Shown piece by piece: positions 46,270-57,684 of a DNA stretch of 64,000 bases. Under the pieces are notes generated by a model, which was not told the origin of the DNA, did not search any database, and saw nothing but the letters and a program-made list of their open reading frames with translations. A program made the position numbers and the translations under genes. Source of the stretch: Prorocentrum cordatum (taxonomy: Eukaryota); the NCBI GenBank assembly GCA_963575745.1, contig CAUYUJ010000103.1, positions 62,001 through 126,000 on the forward strand. Reading direction: 5' to 3'. Position 1 is the first letter of the stretch, and every line of letters begins with the position of its first letter.

Positions 46270-46800
46270 TTATTGCACTGTTGTCGTGTAGACTATGTGG
46301 TATAAGCCATGTGGTGCAAGACGCGTGGTGTAAGCTGTATGGTGCAATGTGGTGTAAGCCCTGTGGTTTGGCGGCAACGTGCGGCAACGTGGCGAAACCT
46401 CGGCGGACCTCCCAAGCGCTGTGGGCTGCAAAGGGGCGGCAGCGTGACAAAGCCTTGGCCACACCTCGCCGGAACCACCCAGCGAACGGGGCGGCCACGG
46501 GGCGGCCACGGGCGGCAACGTTGCAAAACCTTGCGGGTCCCATCCAGCGCACTAAGCGGCCTGCAGGCGGCAACGGGTGGCAACGTGGCTAAACTTCGCT
46601 GCGCCCGCCCAACGCACGAGTTGGCCACCAGGCGGCCACGAGGCGGCCACGAGCGGCACATTGGCGAAACCTCGCCAGACCCACCCAGCGCACAAGGCGG
46701 CCACGAGGCGGCTACGGGCGGCCACGTTGCGAAACCCCGGCGGTCCCACCCAGCGCACGAGGCAGCCACGAGGCGGCCACGGGCGGCAACAGGAACCCCT
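46270..46800. repeat. Inverted copy of the 21800-22345 minisatellite family
   Basis: GGCAACGTGGCGAAACCTC and GAGGCGGCCAC units. Confidence 0.8.
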
Positions 46801-47409
46801 GAGTGCAACCGCTGTTAGGGCAACAGTTTTTGTTCGTGTTTGCCGTGGTTCCCTGCCTGTTCTCCTATGGCCCTACGCCTCAAAACTCTCAGACACCACT
46901 GGAACGCACCAGTATGACCCCAACACAGCCCAAGGGAGTCTCAGAAAGTTCCCAAGAGGGCCCCCACAGCCGTGGGGGCACGTGGCAACGCCTGGCGGGG
47001 ACCGAAGAGCTACTATTCCACTATTCGTCACGTGGCAACGCGGCGGGGGCCAACACAAAAATACTAAGCCACCTCACACGCAACGTGGCAACGCCTGTGG
47101 GCGCGAAGAAACATTATTTCATCCACTCTACATGGCAGCGCCGCGGGGGCCAGAACAACACTATTCCACAATTCACCACGTGACAACATTGTGAGGGTCG
47201 ATCAACCAGCACTGTGCCGCTCCACTCGCCACGTGGCCACGCCTGGAGGCGCAAAGGAAACGTATTCCTTTCTAATCGTCACGCGGCGGCGCCGCAGGGG
47301 CCGGCCAAAATCATTATGCCACGACGACGGCGAGGACGACGACGAGAACGATGACGACGATGGCGGCGTCGAGGACGAGGGCCAGGGAGGCGAACAACAA
47401 TTCTATCAT

Positions 47410-48300
47410 TCTCATCGTCCTCTTTCCTCCTCCCTGCCTTCTCCCTCTTCTATCCTCCCTCCTTCCTCCCCTTTCCTCCCTCCTTCCCCTCGCCTCCTCC
47501 CTCCTCCCCCCTCTTCCCTCCTTTACTCCTCATCCTCCTTCCCCCCCTACTCCCTCCTTACTCCTCCTCCTTCCCCCCCCCTTTACCTTCCTCTCTTCTC
47601 CTTGCTCCTGTCCTCCTTCCCCTCGCCCGCGAGTTACTGAAATGCAGTGTATTGCAATTGCAATGCAAATGCAAATGCAACGCAGTGCACTGCAATGCAA
47701 TGCAACAGGATGCAATGCACTGCAATGCACTGCACTGCACTGCACTGCAATGCAATGTAACACAATGCAATGCAATGCAATGCCATGGCATGCAATACCA
47801 TGCAGTGAGGTGCAACGCAACGTAACGCAACGCAGTGCAATACAATGCAAATGCAACGCCATGCAATGCAGTGCAGTGCAGTGCAGTGCAGTGCAGTGCA
47901 GTGCAGTGCAGTGCAGTGCAGTGCAATGCAGTGTTGTGCAACCAGGCAGCACTAGGCGCCCGCCAGCACGTCTGCACTCCCGCTTGCTCACCCGCCCGCC
48001 CGCTCGCCCCTCCGCGCGTGCCTCCCAACCATTCCATTCCATTCCATTCCATTTCATTTCATTCCATTCCAGTCCAGTCCAGTCCATTCCATTCCATCCC
48101 ATTCCGCTCCATTCCTACCCATCCACTCCTCCCTTCCATTTCATTCCGTCCATTCCATTCCATTCCGTCACGTGGGTCCCTTCCCGCGCCCCGCGCCCCG
48201 CCCCGCAGCATTTTGGGCCCATCGGTGTGGAACATCCTCAAGAAAATGCACCGTGAAGGGCTGGTTGGCTGGTTGGTTGGCTGGCTGGCTGGTTGGCTCC
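47410..48300. repeat. Microsatellite cluster: (CCT)n, (TGCAA/TGCAG)n, (TTCCA)n, (TGGC/TGGT)n
   Basis: Approximate spans 47410-47625, 47640-47940, 48030-48165 and 48260-48297. Confidence 0.9.
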
Positions 48301-48519
48301 CCGGTTGCCGGGTGAGCCGGCGTCCAGAGCCCAATTTTGGCACACCCCAGGATCGCGCCCAGGGGGCCGAAAAGTGTGTTCTCGACCGGATTTGTTTTTC
48401 AGACCCGTAGTTTTATTGTTTGGCCAGACATCAAGTTGTGTGTTGACCTGCGACCCCCGCAGAGACCCCAGAGCAGCTCAACACGGCCTTAGAGAGCTCC
48501 AAGCAGCCCAAGCAAGACT

Positions 48520-49350
48520 ATCGTCGCCGTCGTCGTCGTCGTCGGCGTCGTCGTCGTCGGGATTGTCGTCGGGATCGTCGTCGTCGGGATCGCCGCCCTC
48601 GTTGTCGCCCTCCCCTTGGCCGAGGCCCCTGACGCGCTGGGCGCCGCGGGACCCGTCGCGGCGCCGCTGCCAGACCTGCTTGGCCCAGACGCGGCGCCCG
48701 CCGCGCCGGACCGTGCGAGCCCGTCGCCCGCCGTGCAGGACGGCCGCCCGACGCCTTCGGGGGCCGAGGGCCCCTCCCTGACTTCAAGGGGGCCTCGGAG
48801 CTTCCTTCCTCCTCTTCGCTCCGCCTCCTCCTCCTCCTCCTCCTCCCCTTCCCTCCTTCCTCCTTCCTCCTCTTTCCTTCCTCCTCCTCGTTCATCCTTC
48901 CTCTTCTCCTCCTCCTCGGCCTCCTCCCTCCCCTCCCCATCCCCCTCCCCTTCCCCCTCCCCTTCCCCATCCCCCTCTTGGTGGTGGTCGTGGTCGTGGT
49001 CGTGGTCGTGATCGTGATCGAGGTCGTGGTCGAGGTCGTGGTTGTGGTCGTCGTGGTCTTGGTCGTGGTCGTGGTCGTGGGCGTGGGCGTGGTCGTCGTC
49101 GCCGTCGCCGTCGTCGTCGTCGTTGTGGTCGTCGTCGGCGTCGTCGTCGGTGTCCTTGTCCTCGTGCTCGTCCTCGACCTCGACCTCGTCCTCGACCGCG
49201 ACCTCGTCCTCGTCCTCGTCCTCCTCTACGTGTGTCTTCCGTAGTCTCTATAGTGTCGTCGTAGTTGTGGTGGTGGTGGTGTCGTTGTCCTTTGCTGTCC
49301 GTCTTTTACCATCTGTCCTTGTTGTCTGTCTGTCTGTCGTCGTCGTAGGA
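48520..49350. repeat. (GTC)n, (CCT)n and (GTGGTC)n low-complexity tracts
   Basis: Seen directly in the sequence. Confidence 0.85.
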
Positions 49351-51260
49351 GGAGGAGGAGGGTTTGGGAAGTGCTGGGTGCTCCCGGGTGTTTGAGTTGC
49401 TCGTTTGGGTGGCATGGCCGTGGGTGCTGGGGTGGGTGAGGTGGTGGGAACTCCTCAGGAGGAAGGAATCTGGGGCATCCTCGGGCGGTTGGGCCCCCCG
49501 TCCCACCCCAGCGATGAAAGAGCGGCCGCCAGACGATCGATCTGCTCGGGCTGGAGTGACCGTGGCGCCTCCCGCGCTGCCCGCGGCGCCCGCGCTGCCC
49601 AGGCGGTGGCCCGTGGGGCCGGAGCGGCCACCGCCGAGCACCACGGGCGCGAATCGCGCCGCGCCGGGAGCCCGCGGCCGCTCGGGAAAGCCTGCGCGGG
49701 CCGGGGTTCAGGTGGGAGGCGACCGCGGTCGTCGGGGGTGCGCCGGGGAGGGGGAAGCGAGGAGGAGCGGGCCTTCTCAGAAGGCCGCGGGGCTTCTCAG
49801 AAGCCCTCTGGCCCTCTGAGAAGTTGTCTGTGTCTTCGGGGGAGGCTCAGACAACTTTGCAGAAGGCCCGAGGCCCTCCGAGGCTTCTGAGGCACACCCC
49901 GTCTCCTGGCCCCCAGGCTCGCCACCGAAGTCGGCAACCCGTGGAAGGCACGTGGGGCCCTGCGAGACCTCGGAGCTCGGCTCGCTGCTGGACGAGTCCA
50001 AAAGTTCCCGGCTGCAATTCTCCCGCCCTGACACTGCCCCTGAAGCGGGGCTCGAACCCCCGATGCCGCGGAGGGGGTGCGCGGCGCGAGAGTCCAGTGC
50101 GCGGAGCGCGGCCGCCCCCTCACTCTGCGCTGCTCTGGGCGCGCGGGAACCTCCCCTATCCCCACTGGGCTCCCGTATCTCAGCCCCGCAGGCCCACCCT
50201 CGCAGGCGGGGATAGGACCCGCAGAACCCGAAGGAACAGGCATACATCATATTTCTCCACCTCGGAGGGGAAGGCGGCTAGTGGGGCCAAGGCCACGCCC
50301 CAGTGGGATCGGGATCGGTTAAACGATGTTCACGTAACGGGGAACAGTGTTAACGGGGATCAGCCAATCGTGGCCCCGGCTGACGGGGGATCGGCGCCGC
50401 TGGGGGTCAGCCCGCCTGGGTTCGCGACATGGCCCTGGCTTGCCCAGGTCGGAAGCGACGACAGGGGCGGAGAAAGCTGGCACACAGGGTTCGCAGCAAC
50501 CCTAGCCTTGGAAGGGTATCCTTAGGGCATTACGCGTACTCCTGGCGTCCCAGAGGCGTTCCAAGATTTCTTAGACGCTGGAAGGGCTTCTCAGAAGACC
50601 CCCAAGTCTTAGCAGGCTGCCCCCCCTCCCGCCACCCCTTGGAGCTAAAACACCTATCCGTGATCATGCCCTTGCGGTCTGGATACCGAGGCGCGATTCC
50701 ACGGATGCGTGATCGCATGGATGCGTTCCGCGTGGGGCATCCGCGCAAGGCCGCCCCGTTATCAGACGGGTTTCAGGAGTTAGCGTTGGAATCCGAACAG
50801 CTAGTCAGCCAGTCGCCAACCGTGTACGAAGCGGATATTCGCAAGCCATGAGAAGACACATCCAATTTGGACATATTCTCAGACAGTTGTGAGGGAATCT
50901 CGAGCGACCGCCTCATTTCCGAGAAAGTTGTGCGGACGTCTTTGTAATTAGTGTTGGTTTTCGTATTTGACATCATGTGGGGTCTTGCAGTTGGGCTGCT
51001 TTTTGGGCAAGTCCAGTGGGGAATGTGTAGCATTGTGATTTCGACTTAGACTACTTCCAGGGTATCTGTTCTGTTTCCCTGGCATCTTCGTCTTGTGTGT
51101 ACTGTGTCTTCGGACCCGCACCGTTGGATCACTCAATCGGACAGGAAGGGGATCACAGAAGTGTTGCTTGGTATCGCAAGCCCGGGCTCAAGAGTGTTTG
51201 TGAGGCTCAGGTGGCCTGTGGTGTTTGTGGGACCCTTCGGCGCAAGTGGTGTTGGCCCAC

Positions 51261-51491
51261 ATGGCGATGACCACCCCTGCGGCGATGTCCGAGGGCTACG
51301 AGGACTTTGCTGCGGTGCGCAAGGTGATCGAGGACAAGCTGCACCAGGAGTACTACAGCGTGACGACGAAGGACCTGCCGCCGCGCATGCAGCCGCGGCA
51401 GGGACCTACTCTGCAGGACGCAGGGAAGGTCGACTGGGACGACTACAAGTCGTGGCCGTGGATGCAGCCAGGGTGGATCGGGGGACGTTAA
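51261..51491 (+). CDS. Hypothetical 76-aa protein or terminal exon
   Basis: Strong GC3-type codon usage (TAC GAG GAC, AAG GTG ATC GAG GAC AAG CTG CAC CAG GAG TAC TAC) and protein-like composition. GGCTCAAG lies 69 nt upstream. No recognised family. Confidence 0.45.
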   Translation: MAMTTPAAMSEGYEDFAAVRKVIEDKLHQEYYSVTTKDLPPRMQPRQGPTLQDAGKVDWDDYKSWPWMQPGWIGGR

Positions 51492-52136
51492 CTCATCACC
51501 TTACCGACCCAGGCCGATCTTGGCGGTGTCTGTGCTTCCCATGGTAAGCCAGTGAGGCTTACACACCCACCGACCCTGGTTGGGCCCAGGATGGGCTTAG
51601 CCAGGCTCGGAGAGGTGGTCACAGCTGACCTCTCCCAAGGTGGAAGGGCATCAAGATGCACTCCCAGTGCGTCATCCTCCCGGACGGCTCCGCCGAGGTG
51701 CGCAGCGTGTGGAAGTGACGCCCCTGCAGGGGGCGCCCTTCTTCCCCCCGACGCCCCCCGGGCCTCCGCTCGGCAGCCAGGGGCTATGCTCGGTGCCCTC
51801 GGCAATCGCCTGCTTTCGTCATGGCTCACCCCCGAGAATGCCTTTATTCATTTGGGACCCTCGGCGCGTGCCAGATGGCTTTCATGTCGGTGATTGCCGG
51901 CACATAAGAGCGAGCTGTACCAGCAACGCATGCGTGGGCTTTCGCGACCTACAGAGTATATCGCTTAGGCTTCTGCGATTGCGGCGGAACAAAATTGCGG
52001 CTGAGTTCTGTGTATCGAAGGCGCCTACGGCGAATCAGCGCTGCCCCGTGCCTTTGTAAACGCCCATGCGGCCGGACGTTGTGGCCAGAGCTTGGAAAAG
52101 CTATCGGACTATGTCTTCCTCCCAGCCGTAGTGGAA

Positions 52137-52959
52137 ATTCTTGACGCTTCGCGTGTCCCCACCAGCCCATCCAGAAACGATGTCCAGGCAAGTTGAAGAG
52201 ATCAGGGAAGTGGGGGAGCAACGAGAGGGACAGCCGATCCGTGCAAAGGATGAGGCGGAAGAGGAGGCCAGATGGATAGATGAGGGGGTGGCGAGGAACC
52301 GAGCGAAGGAGGGATGAGGAGAATGATGACGCTGGGTGGATGGTTGAATGCCGCTCGGATGCCTCTTGGAAGCCTTTTGGAAGCCTCTTCGGACGTCTTG
52401 GGGGTCTCTTGGCGGTCAATGGGGGCTCTTGGGCGTCTTGGGTGCTTCGGGGGGCCTCTTGAGGCCGCTTGGGATCCTCTTGGGGGGCTCTTGGGGGCCT
52501 GTTGGAGGCCTCTTGGGGCCTCTTGGGGGTCTCTTGGAGCTTCATGGCGGCCTCTTGGAGCCTCTTGGAGGCCTCTTGGAACCATCCTGGGAGCCTCTTG
52601 GGGGCTTCTTGGGGCCTCATGGAAGCCTCTTGGGGCCTCTTGGAGGCCTTTTGGAAGCCTCTTGGGGCCTCCTGGGCGCCTCTTGGGGCCATCTTGGAGG
52701 AGATCGATCAAAGAAGAGGGTGGGGTTAATTAGCCTTGCCCCCCCAAGAGGCCAACATGGGGCCAAAACCTTAGTAAAACCGATGATTTCGGCTTCCTCG
52801 CCGAGGCCGTTTTGGACGCTCTAACTACCAGCGCCCCCCCCCCGTCCAGGTCCAGGGGAGGGGGTTAGGGGGAGGGGTAAACCCCTCCCCGAAGGGGAAG
52901 AAGGGAAGATGGAAGAGGAAACTCCCGGAACCACCTACGCCCAGAGGGCTTGTGGGATT
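52137..52959 (-). mobile_element. Non-autonomous Helentron/HINE-like element (E2)
   Basis: Left end: hairpin ACGC-TTC-GCGT (52144-52154; GCGAAGC on the minus strand) plus CCCCACCAGCCCA (52157-52169). Right end: the inverted GGGCTTGTGGGATT (52946-52959). Interior holds CTCTTGG repeats. Confidence 0.7.
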
Positions 52960-55900
52960 CTTGACGTTTCGCGTATCCCCACCAACGCAGGTGCACTCTG
53001 CGCGGTGTCGCGCCAATTATCTGTCGCTGTGCCCCAGCCTCGGTCATACCGCCCTCTGGACTTCTCCTTGCGGGCCGCGAATCAAAAAAATATCCCCACC
53101 AACCGTTCGGCTTGTGCAGGTCGGCAAGGAGTCTGGCGCCGCCCTGGCGACTCACTTCGCTGCATCCGCACATTCTTCTCGGCGGCCCGATCACTTCGGT
53201 TCGGGCTGCTGCGCCTGTGTGCGTTTGCCCTGTGAATTTAGTTCATTTTGTTTTGTGCACGTGCAACTGCGAATGTGTCTTGCAGGTGCAAGCTGTCCGC
53301 CGACTCTGGCGGCTAGGTTTGCAGATTCGCCTCGTACCGTGACCCGGACGCCGCTTCCGCTTCCTTTCCGTTGCATCGGAGCCGCCGGCCAACAAACATA
53401 TTCCCACCAGCTCTCACCCCCCTGCTCATCAGGGGACCTGCCCGCTGGGCTGACCGGTCCCGGGACCACCCACTTTGCTGTCTAACGGCGACAGCCACTC
53501 ACCCTCCGATGACAGGGGGACGTCGGCAGAAACAACCCCCCTTGCGCGCCAGCCAACCGGCGTGTTATTTCAGGCCACAGTTTTGGCTGCTTCGGCTCCA
53601 GCGGCGAGTAACTGCGACCCCCCAGGACCCACCTCCGGGGACGCATCTCGCTGCTGGCCCACATCCTCCGCGTTGACTGCGGCCCTGGTGGGCCGTCACC
53701 CGTTCGCACACATTCAACAGAGACCTCAGCGGCGATTAGCTGCGACCCCCACGATGTGCAAAATAGATCCTAGCGGCGATTTGCTGCGACCCCATTTTCC
53801 ACGCAAGTACTAGCGGCGATTAGCTGCGACCCCCAGGACAATCCAAGTGGCAGACCACGGCCCTTGGCCCACGGCTGCAGGGTACCGGGCCGTGGGGTGA
53901 GGCGTTGCGCCCCCTCGCCTCTCCCCTCCCGGGCCCGGTGGGTGTCCCCCACCCGTGGCTCCGGGGCTCGCCCGACGCTGCACTTGCGTCTGTGCTGAGA
54001 CCCCCCCCCTGTTCGCGTCGTGGTCCGTGCTGCTCGTGGTCCTGCTCTGCACCCCCAGCGACAGCTTCCACGGCCCAGAGGGGGTCACGTGGTGCGTGTT
54101 GGCGCTAGCGCTCAGGGGGAGCGCCTTGCGACAGTCTGGGTTGGCTGGCCACCTCAGCTTCACGGCAGCACCCCCCCCCAGGCAGGCAGCGCAGACGTCA
54201 CCACCACCACGCGTGCCGACCATCACCATCCGACGGCGGTGCTCCCCACGCGAGCGGAGTCCCCTGCTTCAGGAGGCGGCACCGCGCAGTCGTGCTTTGG
54301 GGCCCAGCCGCTCGGCTCTCCCCGTGGCACTGTGATGCGGATCACTGAGGTCTGGGCGCTGAGTGGTTCAGCCTGCAATGCCTGTACAGCCTTTGGTTTT
54401 CCCCGCTGTCGCGCACTGTTCTGGTCCCGGCCGCTCAGCCGCTCGGCTTGTGCAGGTCGGCCGCGGAAGTCTGGCGCCGCACTGGCGACTCCCTTCGGGG
54501 CATCCTCACTTTCCCCGCGCACGGCGGCCTGCCCACTGTGGTTTGGAATGCTGCGCCTAAGTGCGTTTGCCTTTAGAATTCTGTTCATTTTGTTCAGTGC
54601 GTATGCAGGTGCGAGCTGTCTGTCCGCCGACTCTGGCTGGCGGCGAATTGTCTTGCAACTAGCCCCGTACCGTGACCCGGACGCCGCTTCCGCTCCCTGT
54701 CCGTTGCCTTGGAGCCGCTGACCAAACAAAGTATCCCCACCAGCGAGGCCGGAGGCCTTGCCGGCACGCACTGCGTGGCTCACAGTCGCTCGGTTCCCCC
54801 TTGCGCTGTGGGGTGGTCTGACAGGCGTTGGCTTCGTTACGGTGTGGTTCAGCCTTCCGCAGCAGGTGCAGCCTTCAGGCTCACCTTCAACTTTCCCCAG
54901 CTGCGTTGCACCACGGCTCACGACTGCTCAGCCTGTCTGGCTAGCTCAAGTCGTCAGGGCTTTTGGAACCTGGCGCCCCACTGGCGACTCATTCCAATGG
55001 CCTCCCACTTGCCATCACTCAGCACCACGACTTGGCCATCCTGGTTCACGTCTCTACTGTGTGGGTCGTGCCATGGCAATCACCGAATTCCGTGACATTT
55101 TGTCCTGTGCACGCGCTCGAGCTCCCAGGATGCCGTCCGCCGTCAGCTCCCCTTTTCAGCTTCGCGGCTGCTGTGTGAGTGGGCCGGCCTGCCCGTGCCT
55201 GTTGTAGCTAATTCGCCTAGTTCGCGTCCCGGACTTTGCTCTTGCCGCCTGGCCTTCGTGTCGCGGCCGCGACCACAAAAAAAAATCCCCACCAGCCCCG
55301 GTGGCGACAAGGTCCTGTAGCGTACCTGGCGATTTGCTCCCATGGTACCCACACCAGGTCCGACAGTGCTTGCACCCATCCGACTCTTTTCTCCTGTCTG
55401 CGTGCTGACGGGCCTGGGTTTTTGACCGTCAGGCGGTGAAGCCTCGCTGGTCGGACGCTTGAGCGGTATCCTACAGCCCAGACCACGACGTCTCCTGGCG
55501 TGCAGGTTCAATTCACCCTGATGTTCCGTCTGGGTCTCGCATGCATGCGGCATGCAGCCCTGGCCGCTTGCAGCCAGCTCAGCCAGTTCAGCTTCAGCCG
55601 GCTGCCCACCCGGCGGTCGGTTCTGATCCCGCGTTCGGTCGTTGTTTAATTAGGCTCGCGCGTAGCCCGCTCGACATTTTCGGGCGTTTCTTGCGCTTTC
55701 GCTTGCGGCCGCGACAGAAAGATATCTCCACCTGCCCATCAATAGTTGATTTGCCAGCTTTCTTGAGGCCTCTTTGGAGGCTATCTTGAGCCATGCTCGG
55801 CTAGAGGCTGTCGGGGGCTATCTTGAGCCATGCTCGGCTATTTTGGGCCATATTGAGGCTGTCTTGAGGCATTTTGGAGGTCTGTCGGAGGCTATATTGA

Positions 55901-56495
55901 GCGATGTTTGGCTATCTTGGGGCGCTCTTTCGGCCACGGCTGGATCCTGTTGGAACCTAGGGGGGGAATTCCCCCCCCCCCATTGGAGGCTCTCAAACGG
56001 CATCATGGGGCCCTCTTGGAGCGCTGTTGGCGGCCTTTTGGGCGATCTTGGGGCCGTCTTCGGCCTTCTTGGGCCCCTCTTGGGTCTCTTTTGGGCCATC
56101 TTGGGGCCATCTTGAGGCTTCCAAAGCCCATCGGGAGCGAAAAGGCGATAATGCCGAACACATGGATTTCCCCTAGGCTTTTGAACAATTTTGGTATCTT
56201 GGAGGGCGCCGTGGAGGGCTCGAAAGACACTTGGATCCGTCTTGGGGCTGCCTTGGGACCTGTTGGGGGTATGTCGGAGGCTATCTTGACCCATATTGAA
56301 GTAGCATGGGCCATCTTGGAGGCCATCTTGCGATTTCGAAGCCCTCTTGGAGCAATCTTGGGCCATCTTGGACTCTCTAACGCCTCGGTACCCCCCCCTT
56401 TCCTGGCCCAGGGGAGGGGGTAGGGGGAGGGGCTTCAGTGGAAGAGAGAAGACACACGCGCTATACCACCTAAGCCCAGAGGGCTGGTGGGACTC
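52958..56495 (-). mobile_element. Longer family member (E3) directly abutting E2 head-to-tail
   Basis: Begins TTCTTGACGTTTCGCGTATCCCCACC, nearly identical to the E2 left end. Ends CCACCTAAGCCCAGAGGGCTGGTGGGA (56466-56492), nearly identical to the E2 right end. Contains a diverged internal duplication (53100-53411 vs 54437-54744). Confidence 0.6.
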
Positions 56496-57449
56496 TTCGG
56501 GGAACATGTGGGATAACGAAGAAGAGGAGGAGAGATCTCTTCGGGCTTTCCTGACTGTTCTCTCGGACGCCTCGTGGGTCGCCTCGGAGGCCTCTTTGGA
56601 GCTTCTTAGGGTGCTCTTAGGGCCGCTTGGGGCCTGGCGGCCGTTTGGAGGGGCCCCTCTCGGGGTCGTGATCGGGACCTTTGGGCTCTTCTCGAGGGCG
56701 TCCTTCGCCGTCTTGGGGCCCTCCCTGGGCCATCCTTGCGGCCATCTTGGGGGCATTTTGGGCCGTCTTGGGGCGGTCTTGGGGGCCCCTTGGGTAGTCT
56801 TGGAGCCCTGGAAGCTCGAAAGGGCGAGACCGCGAAAGTCTGTCAAAAGCGCGCGGGAAATCAATGACTTAAGAGGCTTTCTATGCCGTTCTCGTGCGGT
56901 TAGCCGCTTCCCGTCGTGCTGCCTGCGTGCAACGGTTCATGACCTGTTCTCGTCCTCTGCGTTTGCTGCGGGGCTTCGTGGGGGCCTCTTGGAGTTCCCC
57001 GGGGGCGGCCTCGTCGGACTCTTATTCAGGTCTCCACGCATCGCGCTTCGAGCCCTCGCGATTCTTTACTGGTGCAATCAAGCCGAGGCCCCGGGTTTGC
57101 CTCGTCCTCCTCGTCATCTAGGGGGTTGATGGTCCGCACCTCATGCCAGTCTTTGTCTCAGGTCTCCTGGTTCTTTGTTTGAGCCTTATGGGCATGTTGG
57201 GGGTCTTGGGTGCCGTCTTGCTGGGCAGGGGTTCTTGTGCCTTTGCTAGTTTCCTCTCTTGGCCTCTTTCGGCCCTCTTGAGGGCCTTTCTGCCTCTTGG
57301 TCCGTCTCGGGGCCCTCCCTTGGGGGCTTCTTAGGCTGTGACGTGCCGGTCTGGGGGGGCCTGGAGGGCCGCCAAGGCCTTGCAGAAAAATGAAAATGGT
57401 GAGAACGCGAAAACATACAAACACGACCCGAAACAATGTACTTCTACCT

Positions 57450-57665
57450 ACCTATCTATGTGTAGCAATCTATGTTGTGCAGTCCATGTGGTGCAATCCA
57501 TCCGGTACAATCCACGTGGTTTGTGCCATCTACGTTGGTCAAAATATGTCGTGTGATCTATGCTATGATCTCTGTGTTGTGCGATCTATGTTGTGCAATC
57601 CATGTTGTGCAATCTATGTGGCGCACTCTATGTAGTATTGTATGTGTGGAGCAATCTATGAGGTG
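57450..57665. repeat. ~15-bp repeat (CTATGTGGTGCAAT-like)
   Basis: About 13 diverged units. Related units lie at 46290-46360 and 58873-58900. Confidence 0.8.
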
Positions 57666-57684
57666 CGATTCACTTTGACCGTCT

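Noticed and set aside
48030..48165. (TTCCA)n resembling human satellite III, i.e. contamination
   Set aside because: It is a short tract embedded among native microsatellites, and a simple pentamer can arise independently.
53600..53833. CRISPR array
   Set aside because: Only 3-4 imperfect repeats with short irregular spacers, and no leader or cas genes. Kept only as a low-interest finding.
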